From Nitrospirota bacterium (GTDB lineage: Bacteria; Nitrospirota; UBA9217), in NCBI GenBank assembly GCA_963754875.1, contig CAVWHO010000015.1, positions 96,001 through 160,000 of the forward strand: DNA of 64,000 nucleotides, read 5' to 3'. Positions 41,841 through 52,001 of the stretch are shown here, piece after piece. Made by a program: the position numbers and the translations under genes. Each line of letters opens with the position of its first letter. Positions within the stretch are counted from its first letter, which is position 1. A model generated the notes under the pieces. That model ran no database searches. It worked only from the letters and a program-made list of their open reading frames with translations, and had not been told where the DNA came from.

Positions 41841-43882
41841 TGAGCGTTTTAGAACAGATACAGCAGCGGGGAGACGTCATTGTCGCGGTGAGCGTGGTCT
41901 CCATCGTGGGCGTCATGGTCCTTCCGGTACCGCCCTTTATTCTGGACCTCCTGCTGTCTTTTTCCATATCGCTTTCCATCGTGATCCTGGTGTCGGCTGT
42001 CTACATCAAAAAGCCCCTGGACCTGTCGGTGTTTCCGACGATCCTGCTCATGACGACCCTCTATCGCCTGTCGCTCAACATTGCGTCCACGCGGCTGATC
42101 CTGCTCCGGGGGAACGAGGGCATCGACGCCGCGGGCCAGGTGATCAAGTCCTTCGGCAGCTTTGTCGTGGGCGGCAATTACGCCGTCGGCTTCATCATCT
42201 TCCTGATCCTGGTGGTCATCAACTTCGTGGTCATCACCAAGGGTTCGGGCAGGATCGCCGAGGTCGCGGCCCGGTTCGTCCTCGACGCCATGCCCGGCAA
42301 ACAGATGGCCATCGATGCCGACTTAAACGCAGGCATCATCAATGAAGCAGAGGCCCGGCGCCGCCGGTCTCAGGTCGCGCAGGAGGCGGATTTCTACGGA
42401 GCTATGGACGGCGCCTCCAAGTTCGTACGCGGTGACGCCATTGCCGGCCTGATCATTACCAGCATCAACATCATCGGCGGGTTAGCCATCGGCACTCTCC
42501 AGCAGGGCATGCCCTTCGTCGAAGCGCTCAAAACCTACACCGTCCTGACCATCGGAGACGGCCTCGTTGCCCAGATCCCGGCACTCCTCATCTCCACGGC
42601 CGCCGGCATGGTCGTCTCCCGCGCCGGTTCCGATGCAGACATGGGCAAGGACATCTCCAAACAGCTCTTCGTCAACCCAAAGGTGCTGCTCACGACCGCG
42701 GGCATCATGGCCGTGCTCGGCATGGTCCCTGGTTTGCCGCACATTCCTTTCTTCCTTCTTTCTGCGGCATCGGGGGGCCTCGCCTATGCCCTCGGACAGG
42801 GCGCGGTGGAGGAAAAGGCGGCCGCGGAGCTGCACAAGGTGGAAGCGCCGCCTCAGGAAGCTCCCATTGAGACGTTTATCGAGCTCGAACCTCTCACATT
42901 TGAAATCGGCTACGGTCTCATCCCGCTCGTGGAAGGCGGCAAGGCTGAGCTCCTGAGCAAGATCAAGGCCATGCGCCGACAGCTGGCTTCCGATCTCGGG
43001 TTCGTCGTTCCGTCGATCCATATCAAGGACAACCTGCAGCTCAGGCCCCACGAATACACGCTTTTGATCCGCGGCATCGAAGTGGCGCGCGGCGAAGTCA
43101 TGATGGGATATCACCTGGCCGTTCCCGCCGCAGACGCCCAGAAGATCGAGGGTATTCCCACGAAGGAGCCGGCGTTCGGCTTGCCTGCATACTGGATCAG
43201 CGACCGCGACGTGGAACAGGCGCGGGCCAGAGGATATATGGTCGTCGATCCGGCCACGGCCATCGTCACGCACCTCACGGAACTCATCAAGGCGCATGCC
43301 TGGGAGCTGATCACGAGGACCGAGGTACAGAACCTGCTCGACAGCGTGTCGAAAAACTATCCCAAGCTCGTGGATGAGCTCATTCCGGCAAGCCTCAGTC
43401 TCGGCGGTCTCCAGCGAGTGCTCCAGAACCTGCTCAAGGAGCGCGTTCCGATCAACGACCTGATCACGATTCTTGAAACGCTCGTCGACCATGCGCCTGC
43501 GACCAAAGACACCGAACTCCTGACGGAAGCCGTGCGCCAGTCGCTCTCGCGGTTCATCACCAAACAGTATATCGCCTCGGACGGCGGCCTCCACGCGATG
43601 ACCCTCGACCCGCGCTTTGAGCGGGCACTGATCCAGGCCACCGAGTCCGGCGGGGCCATCAGCCCTGAAGTCGTAACGAAGCTCATGAAGTCGCTGGAAA
43701 AAGCCATTGCGAATGAACGCAATCGGGGCCTCCAGCCCATCATCCTCTGTTCCACCCAGGCGCGGCGGTTCCTGAAAAAGATCACCGATCGGTTCCTTTC
43801 TTCGCTGGTCGTGCTGTCGAATGCCGAGCTGGCGCCGAGCGTGCGGCTCTATACTACCGGAGTGTTGAAATATGAAGATTAA
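41840..43882 (+). CDS. flhA: FlhA
   Basis: RIAEVAARF.LDAMPGKQMAIDADL, FYGAMDGASKFVRGDA. Confidence 0.97.
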   Translation: MSVLEQIQQRGDVIVAVSVVSIVGVMVLPVPPFILDLLLSFSISLSIVILVSAVYIKKPLDLSVFPTILLMTTLYRLSLNIASTRLILLRGNEGIDAAGQVIKSFGSFVVGGNYAVGFIIFLILVVINFVVITKGSGRIAEVAARFVLDAMPGKQMAIDADLNAGIINEAEARRRRSQVAQEADFYGAMDGASKFVRGDAIAGLIITSINIIGGLAIGTLQQGMPFVEALKTYTVLTIGDGLVAQIPALLISTAAGMVVSRAGSDADMGKDISKQLFVNPKVLLTTAGIMAVLGMVPGLPHIPFFLLSAASGGLAYALGQGAVEEKAAAELHKVEAPPQEAPIETFIELEPLTFEIGYGLIPLVEGGKAELLSKIKAMRRQLASDLGFVVPSIHIKDNLQLRPHEYTLLIRGIEVARGEVMMGYHLAVPAADAQKIEGIPTKEPAFGLPAYWISDRDVEQARARGYMVVDPATAIVTHLTELIKAHAWELITRTEVQNLLDSVSKNYPKLVDELIPASLSLGGLQRVLQNLLKERVPINDLITILETLVDHAPATKDTELLTEAVRQSLSRFITKQYIASDGGLHAMTLDPRFERALIQATESGGAISPEVVTKLMKSLEKAIANERNRGLQPIILCSTQARRFLKKITDRFLSSLVVLSNAELAPSVRLYTTGVLKYED

Positions 43883-45008
43883 GAAATTTACCGCCAGAAC
43901 ATTTTCCGAGGCCCTCGCACTGGTCAAGAAAGAACTGAGCCAGGACGCCATCATTTTATCTACGGAAGAAAAGAAAGGTTTGCGGCCCCACGTCGAGGTC
44001 ACGGCGGCCGTGGATTATGATGCCGCGGAAGTCCGCGAAGTTCGGAGTTCCGGGTTCGGAGTTCAAAGTGAACTGCAGAAACTACAACCCAAAACTCACA
44101 ACTCACAACTAAAAACTGACTCGTCCCCCCGTCCCGTACGGGTCACCCCCTACAGCATGACGCCGGCGATCGATGATGCGGCCGACGACCTCAAGAGCGA
44201 GATCGCCGGTCTCCGGCTGATGATCGAATCCATGAAGAACAACGGCTACGAGGTGTCCCTGCCGTCAAAAAAACGCGCCATGATGACGTTTCTCAGGGAA
44301 CGGTCGATCCGCGAGGAATTCGCCCTTCGCCTCTGCGACCGAACCACGAACATCGACGAGCTCCCGCTCATGGTCTCGGCCGACATCAAGATCAAACGGC
44401 AGGGCGGCTCCCGCAAGGCCGTCATGCTGGTGGGCCCCACGGGCGTTGGTAAAACCACGACGCTGGCCAAGCTCGCGGCCCAGGCCGTCAAGGCCGGGAA
44501 AAAAGCCGCCATCATCAATCTCGACACGTACCGGATCGGCGCCGTGGAGCAGGTGCGGATCTATTCGCGGATCCTCGGCATTCCCCTGACGACGGCCCAT
44601 ACCGGGGAAGAATTCAAAAGCACCCTCGCCAAATACGCCGAAAGCCGGGATATCGTGTTCATCGACACGACGGGGAGAAATCCCCGGGACGAAGCTTACA
44701 TCGAGAGCATTGCCGGGCTCTGCAATTCCGACGTGCCCCTGGAGCTCCACCTTCTCATGGGCGCGAACGTCGACGATGAATCGATGATTGAGGCGTACCG
44801 CTCGTACCGGAAGCTCCCCATAGACTACCTCACGTTTACCAAGGTGGACGAGGCCGTACGCTTCGGGTCCCTGTACAACATTCTCATCACCTATCAGAAG
44901 CCGGTTGCCTATCTCACGACGGGCCAGCGTGTCCCCGGCGACATCGAAGCCGCGACGGTCAACAGGCTGGCAGGGCTCATCGTGAAGAAGGAGTGTTATT
45001 CATGCTGA
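43872..45008 (+). CDS. flhF: FlhF SRP-type GTPase
   Basis: GPTGVGKTTT, DTYRIGA, DTTG, TKVDE, GQRVP. Confidence 0.96.
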   Translation: MKIKKFTARTFSEALALVKKELSQDAIILSTEEKKGLRPHVEVTAAVDYDAAEVREVRSSGFGVQSELQKLQPKTHNSQLKTDSSPRPVRVTPYSMTPAIDDAADDLKSEIAGLRLMIESMKNNGYEVSLPSKKRAMMTFLRERSIREEFALRLCDRTTNIDELPLMVSADIKIKRQGGSRKAVMLVGPTGVGKTTTLAKLAAQAVKAGKKAAIINLDTYRIGAVEQVRIYSRILGIPLTTAHTGEEFKSTLAKYAESRDIVFIDTTGRNPRDEAYIESIAGLCNSDVPLELHLLMGANVDDESMIEAYRSYRKLPIDYLTFTKVDEAVRFGSLYNILITYQKPVAYLTTGQRVPGDIEAATVNRLAGLIVKKECYSC

Positions 45009-45853
45009 CGGAACCGCTGCAAAACAAGAAATACGTAAAGACCATCGCGATCGCCAGCGGCAAGGGCGGCGTGGGCAAAACTAACATCGCGGCCAGTCTC
45101 GCCATCGCCTTGAGCAAGCTCGGGAAAAAAGTCGTTATCGTGGACGCCGACCTCGGACTCTCCAACATCAATATATTGCTGAACAAGCATGCAACGTATA
45201 ACATCGGCCACCTGCTTGACGGGTCGATCACGCTCAAGGACATCCTTATCGACGGGCCGCAGGGCGTCAAAATCCTGCCCGCCGGGGAAGGCGTCCAGGA
45301 CCTGACCCGCCTTGACGAGTTCCAGCGGCTCAAAATCCTCGACGCCTTCGATTCCTACGACGGCGATATCGACATCATGCTCATCGACAATTCAGCAGGC
45401 ATTTCGGAGAATGTGACCTTCTTCTGTTCCGCTGCGCAGGACCTCATCATTGTGACGACGCCGGAGCCGACCGCATGGGTCGACGCCTATCACCTGATCA
45501 AAGTCCTCTACACGGAATACCAGGAGAACAAGTTTCACGTGCTCGTGAACGCCGTGAAAAACGAAGAGGAAGCCGACGATGTGTTTCAGAGACTCGCGCA
45601 AGCGACGGACCGGTTTCTGAACATTTCCCTCGACTACCTGGGCTACCTCCCCTATGACGAGGACGTCAAGAAGGCGGTACGTTCGCAGGCCGCATTTATC
45701 GACCTCTATCCCAAGAAATTCATTTCCAAGTGCGTTAACGAGATTGCGGCAACGCTGATCGACCGGCCGCAGAAAGTCAAGGGCTCGCTGCAGTTTTTCA
45801 TCGGCAATCTGCTTTCGGCCCGCGTAGATCCGGCCCGGGAACAGGTGCGTTAG
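45002..45853 (+). CDS. flhG: FlhG/FleN MinD-like ATPase
   Basis: SGKGGVGKT, DADLGL, TTPEPT. Confidence 0.93.
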   Translation: MLTEPLQNKKYVKTIAIASGKGGVGKTNIAASLAIALSKLGKKVVIVDADLGLSNINILLNKHATYNIGHLLDGSITLKDILIDGPQGVKILPAGEGVQDLTRLDEFQRLKILDAFDSYDGDIDIMLIDNSAGISENVTFFCSAAQDLIIVTTPEPTAWVDAYHLIKVLYTEYQENKFHVLVNAVKNEEEADDVFQRLAQATDRFLNISLDYLGYLPYDEDVKKAVRSQAAFIDLYPKKFISKCVNEIAATLIDRPQKVKGSLQFFIGNLLSARVDPAREQVR

Positions 45854-45891
45854 GAGCAATGCGAAACAATCAAAATGGAGAGGGTGCGACG

Positions 45892-46629
45892 ATGACAGAT
45901 TATAAAGTTGAAATGAGCGAAGCGGAGAAGGAGAAGATCATTAACGATTCCCTTCCCTTTATCAAGTATACGGCCTATCGGCTGGCACACCGCCTACCGC
46001 CCCAGCTTGCGGTAAACGACCTCATCAGCGTCGGGATCGTGGGCCTGTTGGACGCGCTCCAGCGCTATACCGAAGGCCGCGTAAAGCTCAATACGTTTGT
46101 GGAATACCGGATCAAGGGAGCCATGCTCGACGAACTGCGGTCCCACGACTGGGTGCCGCGGTCGCTCAAGACCAAGATCGGCCAGATCAGAAAAACGCAC
46201 CGCGAACTGGAGCAGGACCTCGGTCGCATGCCCCGTGAGGAAGAGATCGCGGAGCGGCTTGAGATCACCCTCGACGAATATTTCCGGACCGTCCAGAGCG
46301 CCAGCAACGCCGTCGTGTTCAGCTTCGAGGATTTCCGGGACAAGATGTATGAAGAGAGCGATATGGACGTGATGGAATGCATCCCGGACCCGGACGCGAA
46401 GAACCCGCTCGAACTCCTTGAAGAGAGCAGTTCGAAGGAAGCCCTTGCCCAGCTCATCGAACGCCTGCCGGAAAAAGAGAAGCTCATTCTGTCGCTGTAC
46501 TACTGGGACGAAATGACGATGAAGGAAATCGGCAAAGTCTTGCATTTGACCGAGGGACGGGTGTGCCAGCTCCACAACCAGGCGCTCATCAGGTTGAAGG
46601 CCCAAATCAACCTTCCCGTCCACCGCTAG
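45892..46629 (+). CDS. fliA: flagellar sigma factor FliA (sigma28)
   Basis: RIKGAMLDELR..DWVPRS, TEGRVCQLH. Confidence 0.95.
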   Translation: MTDYKVEMSEAEKEKIINDSLPFIKYTAYRLAHRLPPQLAVNDLISVGIVGLLDALQRYTEGRVKLNTFVEYRIKGAMLDELRSHDWVPRSLKTKIGQIRKTHRELEQDLGRMPREEEIAERLEITLDEYFRTVQSASNAVVFSFEDFRDKMYEESDMDVMECIPDPDAKNPLELLEESSSKEALAQLIERLPEKEKLILSLYYWDEMTMKEIGKVLHLTEGRVCQLHNQALIRLKAQINLPVHR

Positions 46630-46677
46630 TCCTGTTATTTCCCCCGCCCTGCAGATTCTCTTCCGGCCCGTGCGGGC

Positions 46678-46705
46678 TAAAGAAATATTTGTTTTGTGAC
46701 GATAA
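46678..46705 (+). promoter_or_regulatory. sigma28 promoter of chemosensory operon 2
   Basis: TAAA-N16-GACGATAA upstream of the HEAT gene. Confidence 0.65.
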
Positions 46706-46726
46706 GAGCACTACTGAGGTCTATGC

Positions 46727-48577
46727 ATGAAACCAACCGAGGAACTTTCTACAGCGATACGGGACCTTGCGGCTCCCGATCCGTCGGCGCGGCGCATTGC
46801 CGCGGAAGCGCTGGCAACAGCGGATGAGCGGGCCATCTACCCGCTCATCCGGTCTCTCCGCGACGAAAACCCCGGCGTGCAGGACGCGGCCATGCGCTCC
46901 CTCATCGCGATCGGCGGCGAAGTGACGGCATACATGACGCTGCCGCTCCTGCGGGAAAGCCCTTTTCTCCGGAATACCGCGCGCATCATTCTGAGCCAGA
47001 TCGGCATACCCGCGGTCCCGCTCCTGCGCTCTCTGCTCGCCGACAAGGATGACGACATCCGGACCTTCGCGGTGGACCTTATTTCGAACATCGGCTCCTG
47101 CGATTTTCCGGAAGAGCTTGCGCGTTTGCTCGAGACGGATCCGAACCAGAATGTGAGGGCTTCCGCTGCCAAGGCGCTGGGAATGCTCGGATACCGCGGC
47201 GGCCTGCAGGCGCTGATTAACGCGCTCAAGGACAGCGAATGGGTCTGTTTTTCCGCCCTCGAATCCCTCGCCCACCTCAACGACGACGCGTGCGTGGAGC
47301 CGGTCCTTGCCCTGCTGCAGGGTCCCTCGGAAACGGTGCGGTATGCGGCGATCGAAACGCTCGGCAGGATGGGCACCAACCGGGCAGTCGATTCTTTGAT
47401 TGGCCTCCTCCCGAAGTCAAACGATATGGAAAAATCCGCAATCGTGAAGAGCCTTGTCCAGATCGGCATCACTCCGGCCATGGCCCAGGTCGCCGATCTG
47501 CTGGTCGACCTGTACGTAAAGGGAGAATGGGACGACCGTCTCCTCGCGCTCACGGGGCTTGCCGATCTGCGACACGAGCAGGCACTACCGGTCATTCTGG
47601 ACAGCGCCGGCTCTCTCGACCCCTCGGCCCCGGAAAGCGAAGATCGGCTCTTCGCGGTGAAGCAGGCGCTCCTCCGGTTCGGTTGTGCTCCCCCGTTGAT
47701 CGCAGCCCTTGCCGACCCGGCGGTACGGTTCCGTGCAAAGACAATCGCCATTGAAGTCATCGCCGAACTCCGGTGCCCGGAGGCGGTTCCACCGTTGCTC
47801 CGGATTATGGACGGGGACCTGCGCGAGGTGCGTCGGTCCGCCGTTCTTGCGCTCGCGGAAATGCCGGGAGATGAGGCGCTCCAGGCGCTTAGGAAATGCA
47901 TCGAGGACCGCGACGGTCACGTCCGCAACGTGGCCCTTTCCGCTCTCGGCAGGATCGGCGACCAGGCGTCATTCGACCGTCTCTTCCGCCACCTCGATCT
48001 CGAAAATTACCGGGACGTGCTCGAAGAAACGGTCAAAGCTCTCCTGATGATCGATGCAAACCGGCTCTTCTCCTCTCTGGACGCCCTTTCGCCGAGGGTA
48101 AAGGAAATACTCGGACGGAACGCCCGGAATGTCGACGTCCTCCTTACCCTGTCCCGCGACCGGGAACCCGGCATCCGTCTCGCCGCGCTTACGGGTCTCG
48201 GCCGGGTCCAGGACGAGCGTGCCCGCAAGCGGCTGTCCGAGGCGCTTGCCGAAGGGGACCCGGAAATGAGGAAGGCCGCCGTTCTGGCGCTGGGCGCGCT
48301 GCACTGCTCCGTCGACGATATGAAGCAGGCGCTCGCAGACAGCGATATGTGGGTAAGGCTCTATGTGGTCAAGGCGCTGGGGGACTCGCAGGACCCGGCT
48401 GCGGCCGCGGCCGTCCTTCCGTTGCTCACAGACAAGGATGTCCCCGTCGTTCTCTCGGCGATCGATGCTTTGGTCCAGCTGGGCAGTGCAAATCCGGCCG
48501 CGCTGCGTGCTCTCCAAGACCATGGCGATGAAACAGTACGGCAACGCGCAGCGGGCGCAATGGAGCGTTTATGCTGA
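46727..48577 (+). CDS. HEAT-repeat protein
   Basis: Repeated L.D...VR..A..ALG units; overlaps cheR. Confidence 0.9.
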   Translation: MKPTEELSTAIRDLAAPDPSARRIAAEALATADERAIYPLIRSLRDENPGVQDAAMRSLIAIGGEVTAYMTLPLLRESPFLRNTARIILSQIGIPAVPLLRSLLADKDDDIRTFAVDLISNIGSCDFPEELARLLETDPNQNVRASAAKALGMLGYRGGLQALINALKDSEWVCFSALESLAHLNDDACVEPVLALLQGPSETVRYAAIETLGRMGTNRAVDSLIGLLPKSNDMEKSAIVKSLVQIGITPAMAQVADLLVDLYVKGEWDDRLLALTGLADLRHEQALPVILDSAGSLDPSAPESEDRLFAVKQALLRFGCAPPLIAALADPAVRFRAKTIAIEVIAELRCPEAVPPLLRIMDGDLREVRRSAVLALAEMPGDEALQALRKCIEDRDGHVRNVALSALGRIGDQASFDRLFRHLDLENYRDVLEETVKALLMIDANRLFSSLDALSPRVKEILGRNARNVDVLLTLSRDREPGIRLAALTGLGRVQDERARKRLSEALAEGDPEMRKAAVLALGALHCSVDDMKQALADSDMWVRLYVVKALGDSQDPAAAAAVLPLLTDKDVPVVLSAIDALVQLGSANPAALRALQDHGDETVRQRAAGAMERLC

Positions 48578-49389
48578 ACCCGGTGTTGCCGGACATGGTC
48601 TTCAAACAGATCAGGGATTTCATCTACGAGAAATGCGGAATCTACATTTCCGATGCAAAAAAGTATCTCGTCGAAAAAAAACTCGTCACGCGTCTTCAGC
48701 AGAAAAACCTGAACACCTTCGAGGACTATCTCTCTCTGCTGAAATACAGCAGCAACGGCGACGAGCTCTCGAAGCTCTACGACGCCATAACCACGAACGA
48801 GACCTATTTTTTTCGGGAGCCGCAGCAGTTGGCGGTCTGCGTCGACACGGTAATCCCGCAGGTGATGGAACAGAAAAAGTCCAGGGACATCAGGATCTGG
48901 TCTGCAGCCTGCTCCACCGGAGAAGAAGCATATACGCTGGTCATGATGCTCCTGGAAAAAAAGAGCTGTACCCGTATCGACGTGGTCGGTTCGGACATCA
49001 GCAACGAAGTGCTGGAGTCGGCAAAAAAAGCCGTATACGGTTCCTACTCCATGAGAAACGTGGCGGAGCCGTTCTTGAAAAAATATTTCCGCAGCAACGG
49101 CTGGACCCACGAGCTTGATGCGTCGGTCAAAAGCATGGTCAGGTTCACGAACATCAACCTTATCGATCCCGGCAAAATGCGGACCCTTCAGGCCATGGAC
49201 GTCATCTTCTGCCGGAACGTGCTCATCTATTTCGATGACAAGGCAAAGCAAAGAGCGGTCTCACTGCTCTATGACAGCCTGCGGCCCGGCGGATTCCTCT
49301 TTATCGGCTCGTCGGAAAGCCTCCACAGCGTCACGAGGGCGTTTAAACCGGCCATATTCGGCAAGGTCGTTGCCTATCAGAAGGTGTGA
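48571..49389 (+). CDS. cheR: CheR
   Basis: TTNETYFFRE, WSAACSTGEE, FCRNVLIYF. Confidence 0.95.
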   Translation: MLNPVLPDMVFKQIRDFIYEKCGIYISDAKKYLVEKKLVTRLQQKNLNTFEDYLSLLKYSSNGDELSKLYDAITTNETYFFREPQQLAVCVDTVIPQVMEQKKSRDIRIWSAACSTGEEAYTLVMMLLEKKSCTRIDVVGSDISNEVLESAKKAVYGSYSMRNVAEPFLKKYFRSNGWTHELDASVKSMVRFTNINLIDPGKMRTLQAMDVIFCRNVLIYFDDKAKQRAVSLLYDSLRPGGFLFIGSSESLHSVTRAFKPAIFGKVVAYQKV

Positions 49390-49390
49390 T

Positions 49391-49783
49391 ATGAAAATAC
49401 TGATCGTAGACGATGATTCAACGACAAGAAAACTACTCGGGCTGTTCCTGAGGTCCAAGGGATACGAGGTGGCTTATGCGGAAAACGGCATCGACGGCCT
49501 CGAAAAACTCGGCCAAGAAAACCCCAATATGATCATCAGCGATCTCAACATGCCCTATATGGACGGCATCGAGTTTGTAAAAAGTGTGCGGTCCGATCCG
49601 GCCCGTGCGGAGCTCCCCATTTTGATGGTGACGACCGAGGGGGACCCCGAGGAACGGGAACGCGCGCTCTCGGTCGGCGTCAACGGCTACCTGGTCAAGC
49701 CGGTGACCGCCGAAGTGGTGATCCAGCATATCCGGCATATATTGAAGAACATGTTCGCGCAAGGAGGAGGTTCCCATGCCTGA
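49391..49783 (+). CDS. single-domain response regulator
   Basis: VDDD, SDLNMP, MVTT, YLVKP. Confidence 0.9.
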   Translation: MKILIVDDDSTTRKLLGLFLRSKGYEVAYAENGIDGLEKLGQENPNMIISDLNMPYMDGIEFVKSVRSDPARAELPILMVTTEGDPEERERALSVGVNGYLVKPVTAEVVIQHIRHILKNMFAQGGGSHA

Positions 49784-50168
49784 TTATAAGATGAAGATCC
49801 TCGTGGTCGATGATTTTTCGACCATGCGTCGGATCGTTAAAAACGTCCTGAAGCAGCTCGGCTTCGAGAACATCGACGAGGCAGAGGATGGCGCGCAGGC
49901 GCTCGCAAAATTAAAAAGCGGCAGCTATGGTTTTGTCGTGACCGACTGGAACATGCCGAACATGGACGGTCTCGACTTTTTCAAGGCCGCGCGTGCGGAG
50001 CCGAATCTCAAGGAGCTCCCCTTCCTGATGGTGACCGCGGAAGCGGAAAAGGAAAAGGTCATCATGGCGATCCAGGCAGGCGTCAACAACTACATCGTCA
50101 AACCCTTTACCGCGGAAGTGTTCAAGGAGAAAATGGACCGGATCTTCGAGAAGCTGGCGAAAAAGTAG
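49776..50168 (+). CDS. cheY: CheY (E. coli-like, motor-controlling type)
   Basis: [35 protein letters not shown]. Confidence 0.95.
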   Translation: MPDYKMKILVVDDFSTMRRIVKNVLKQLGFENIDEAEDGAQALAKLKSGSYGFVVTDWNMPNMDGLDFFKAARAEPNLKELPFLMVTAEAEKEKVIMAIQAGVNNYIVKPFTAEVFKEKMDRIFEKLAKK

Positions 50169-50225
50169 CCGCGGCCGACAGGCCGCTTCGCTTGCAAGCG
50201 TGCAAGCCGATTAGCGAGGTGCAAC

Positions 50226-52001
50226 GTGCCTGATGAAATGGAAGAAATAATCGCCGAATTTGTTACCGAATCGGAAGAGACCCTCGACAAGATCGACCCC
50301 CTCTTCATCGAGCTTGAGGCGAATGGTGAAGACAAGGAAATCCTGAACCGGCTGTTCCGGAGTGTCCACACGATCAAGGGCGCCGCCGGCTTCCTGGGTT
50401 TCCAGTCCATGGTGGAAGTATCCCACAGCGCCGAAAACATCATGAAGAAGCTTCGGGACGGCGACATCACGGTCTCTCGGCAGCTCATGGACATCGTCTT
50501 GAAGAGCGTCGATATGCTGAGGCTCCTGCTCAGGCACGTCAAGGACAAGGACGGCGTTCGGGAAAATACGACGCCTCTGGTGCAGGAGCTTAACCAGGCG
50601 CTCGAAGCGGCCCTTGCGGCTGCCGGCACTGCCCCCTCTGCTGAGCCAGCTTCTGCTGTGCCTGCAGCTCCTCCCGCATCGACGGCGCCGACAGTGGTCC
50701 CCATGGAGCAGAAGAAAGCTGCTGCTGCGATGCCTGCCCCGGTCCTCCATGAGGCTGCGATTGCGGAGAGCGGCCAGCAGAGCGAGACGGCGGCGAGGCC
50801 GGAGTCGCTTCAGACGCTCCGTGTCGAAGTGAACAAGATTGACAAGGTCATGGACCTGACCGGAGAGGTCGTGCTCGTCCGGAACAGGCTCCTGAATATT
50901 GTGAGCCGGCTCGAACACCAGTACAGCGACGACCATGACGTGCAAAGCCTGCTCGAGGCCGTTTCTTTCCTCGATCTCATCACCTCCGACATGCAGCTCG
51001 GCGTCATGAAGATGCGCATGCAGCCCATCGCAAAAGTCTTCAGCAAATTTCCGCGCCTCGTGCGCGACCTTGCCGGCCCGCTGGGAAAATACGTCGACCT
51101 GAAGGTGGCCGGAGAGGACACCGAGGTCGACAAATCAGTGATCGAACAGATCGGCGATCCGATGGTGCACATCATCCGGAATGCCATCGACCACGGGCTC
51201 GAACTGCCGAAGGACCGCATGGCAAAGGGAAAATCGGAGAAAGGCACGATTTCCATCACAGCATCACAACGGGGGAACCAGATCGTCATCGAAGTGTCCG
51301 ACGACGGCCGGGGTATCGACCTCGATAAAGTAAAAGCAAAAGCGCTCCAGAAAAAACTCATCACCGAGGACGAAGCCGTCCGCATGACGGACGAGGCTGC
51401 CACCAACCTCATCTTCCTTCCCGGCTTCTCCACCGCCGAGGTGGCCACCGAGCTCTCGGGCAGGGGCGTCGGCATGGACGTGGTCAAGACGAACATCTCG
51501 AAGCTAAACGGCACCGTCGAGATCGCGACGCACAAAGATCGAGGGAGCGTGTTCACGATTCATATTCCCCTGACCCTTGCCATCATCCAGACCCTCATGG
51601 TGCGTTCCGGCAAAGCGCGCTACGCGATCCCCCTTGCGCCCGTCGAAGAAACGCTTACCGTGTCCGAGGGCGACGTGTCCGATATGGGAGGGACCGAAGC
51701 GCTCATCATCAGGGGCAAAGTATATCCCCTCTTTACCCTCTCGAGTGCGATCGGTGGCGTTCGGGACGCCAAGACCGGCTGCAAGTACGCCGTCGTGGTG
51801 GCCATAGGGGACAAGCGGTTCTGCATCGGTGTCGATGAACTCCTGGGCCAGGAAGAAGTGGTGATCAAGACCGTCTCGGGCATCAATACGGGGTCGTCGT
51901 TCATCCTCGGCGCGACCATAACAGGCGACGGGAAAGTGGTCTTCATTCTCGATCTTGCTGCCATTTCAAAGAACGCGTACAACCTTGCGCAGGTTTCATG
52001 A
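50226..52001 (+). CDS. cheA: CheA (third copy), apparently lacking the P2 domain
   Basis: Hpt FRSVHTIKG, Ala/Pro linker, RNAIDHG, GRGVGMDVV, CheW domain. Confidence 0.95.
   Translation: MPDEMEEIIAEFVTESEETLDKIDPLFIELEANGEDKEILNRLFRSVHTIKGAAGFLGFQSMVEVSHSAENIMKKLRDGDITVSRQLMDIVLKSVDMLRLLLRHVKDKDGVRENTTPLVQELNQALEAALAAAGTAPSAEPASAVPAAPPASTAPTVVPMEQKKAAAAMPAPVLHEAAIAESGQQSETAARPESLQTLRVEVNKIDKVMDLTGEVVLVRNRLLNIVSRLEHQYSDDHDVQSLLEAVSFLDLITSDMQLGVMKMRMQPIAKVFSKFPRLVRDLAGPLGKYVDLKVAGEDTEVDKSVIEQIGDPMVHIIRNAIDHGLELPKDRMAKGKSEKGTISITASQRGNQIVIEVSDDGRGIDLDKVKAKALQKKLITEDEAVRMTDEAATNLIFLPGFSTAEVATELSGRGVGMDVVKTNISKLNGTVEIATHKDRGSVFTIHIPLTLAIIQTLMVRSGKARYAIPLAPVEETLTVSEGDVSDMGGTEALIIRGKVYPLFTLSSAIGGVRDAKTGCKYAVVVAIGDKRFCIGVDELLGQEEVVIKTVSGINTGSSFILGATITGDGKVVFILDLAAISKNAYNLAQVS

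Noticed and set aside
49115..49390. N-terminal extension of the response regulator ORF
   Set aside because: It overlaps cheR in another frame; the receiver domain begins at ATG 49391.
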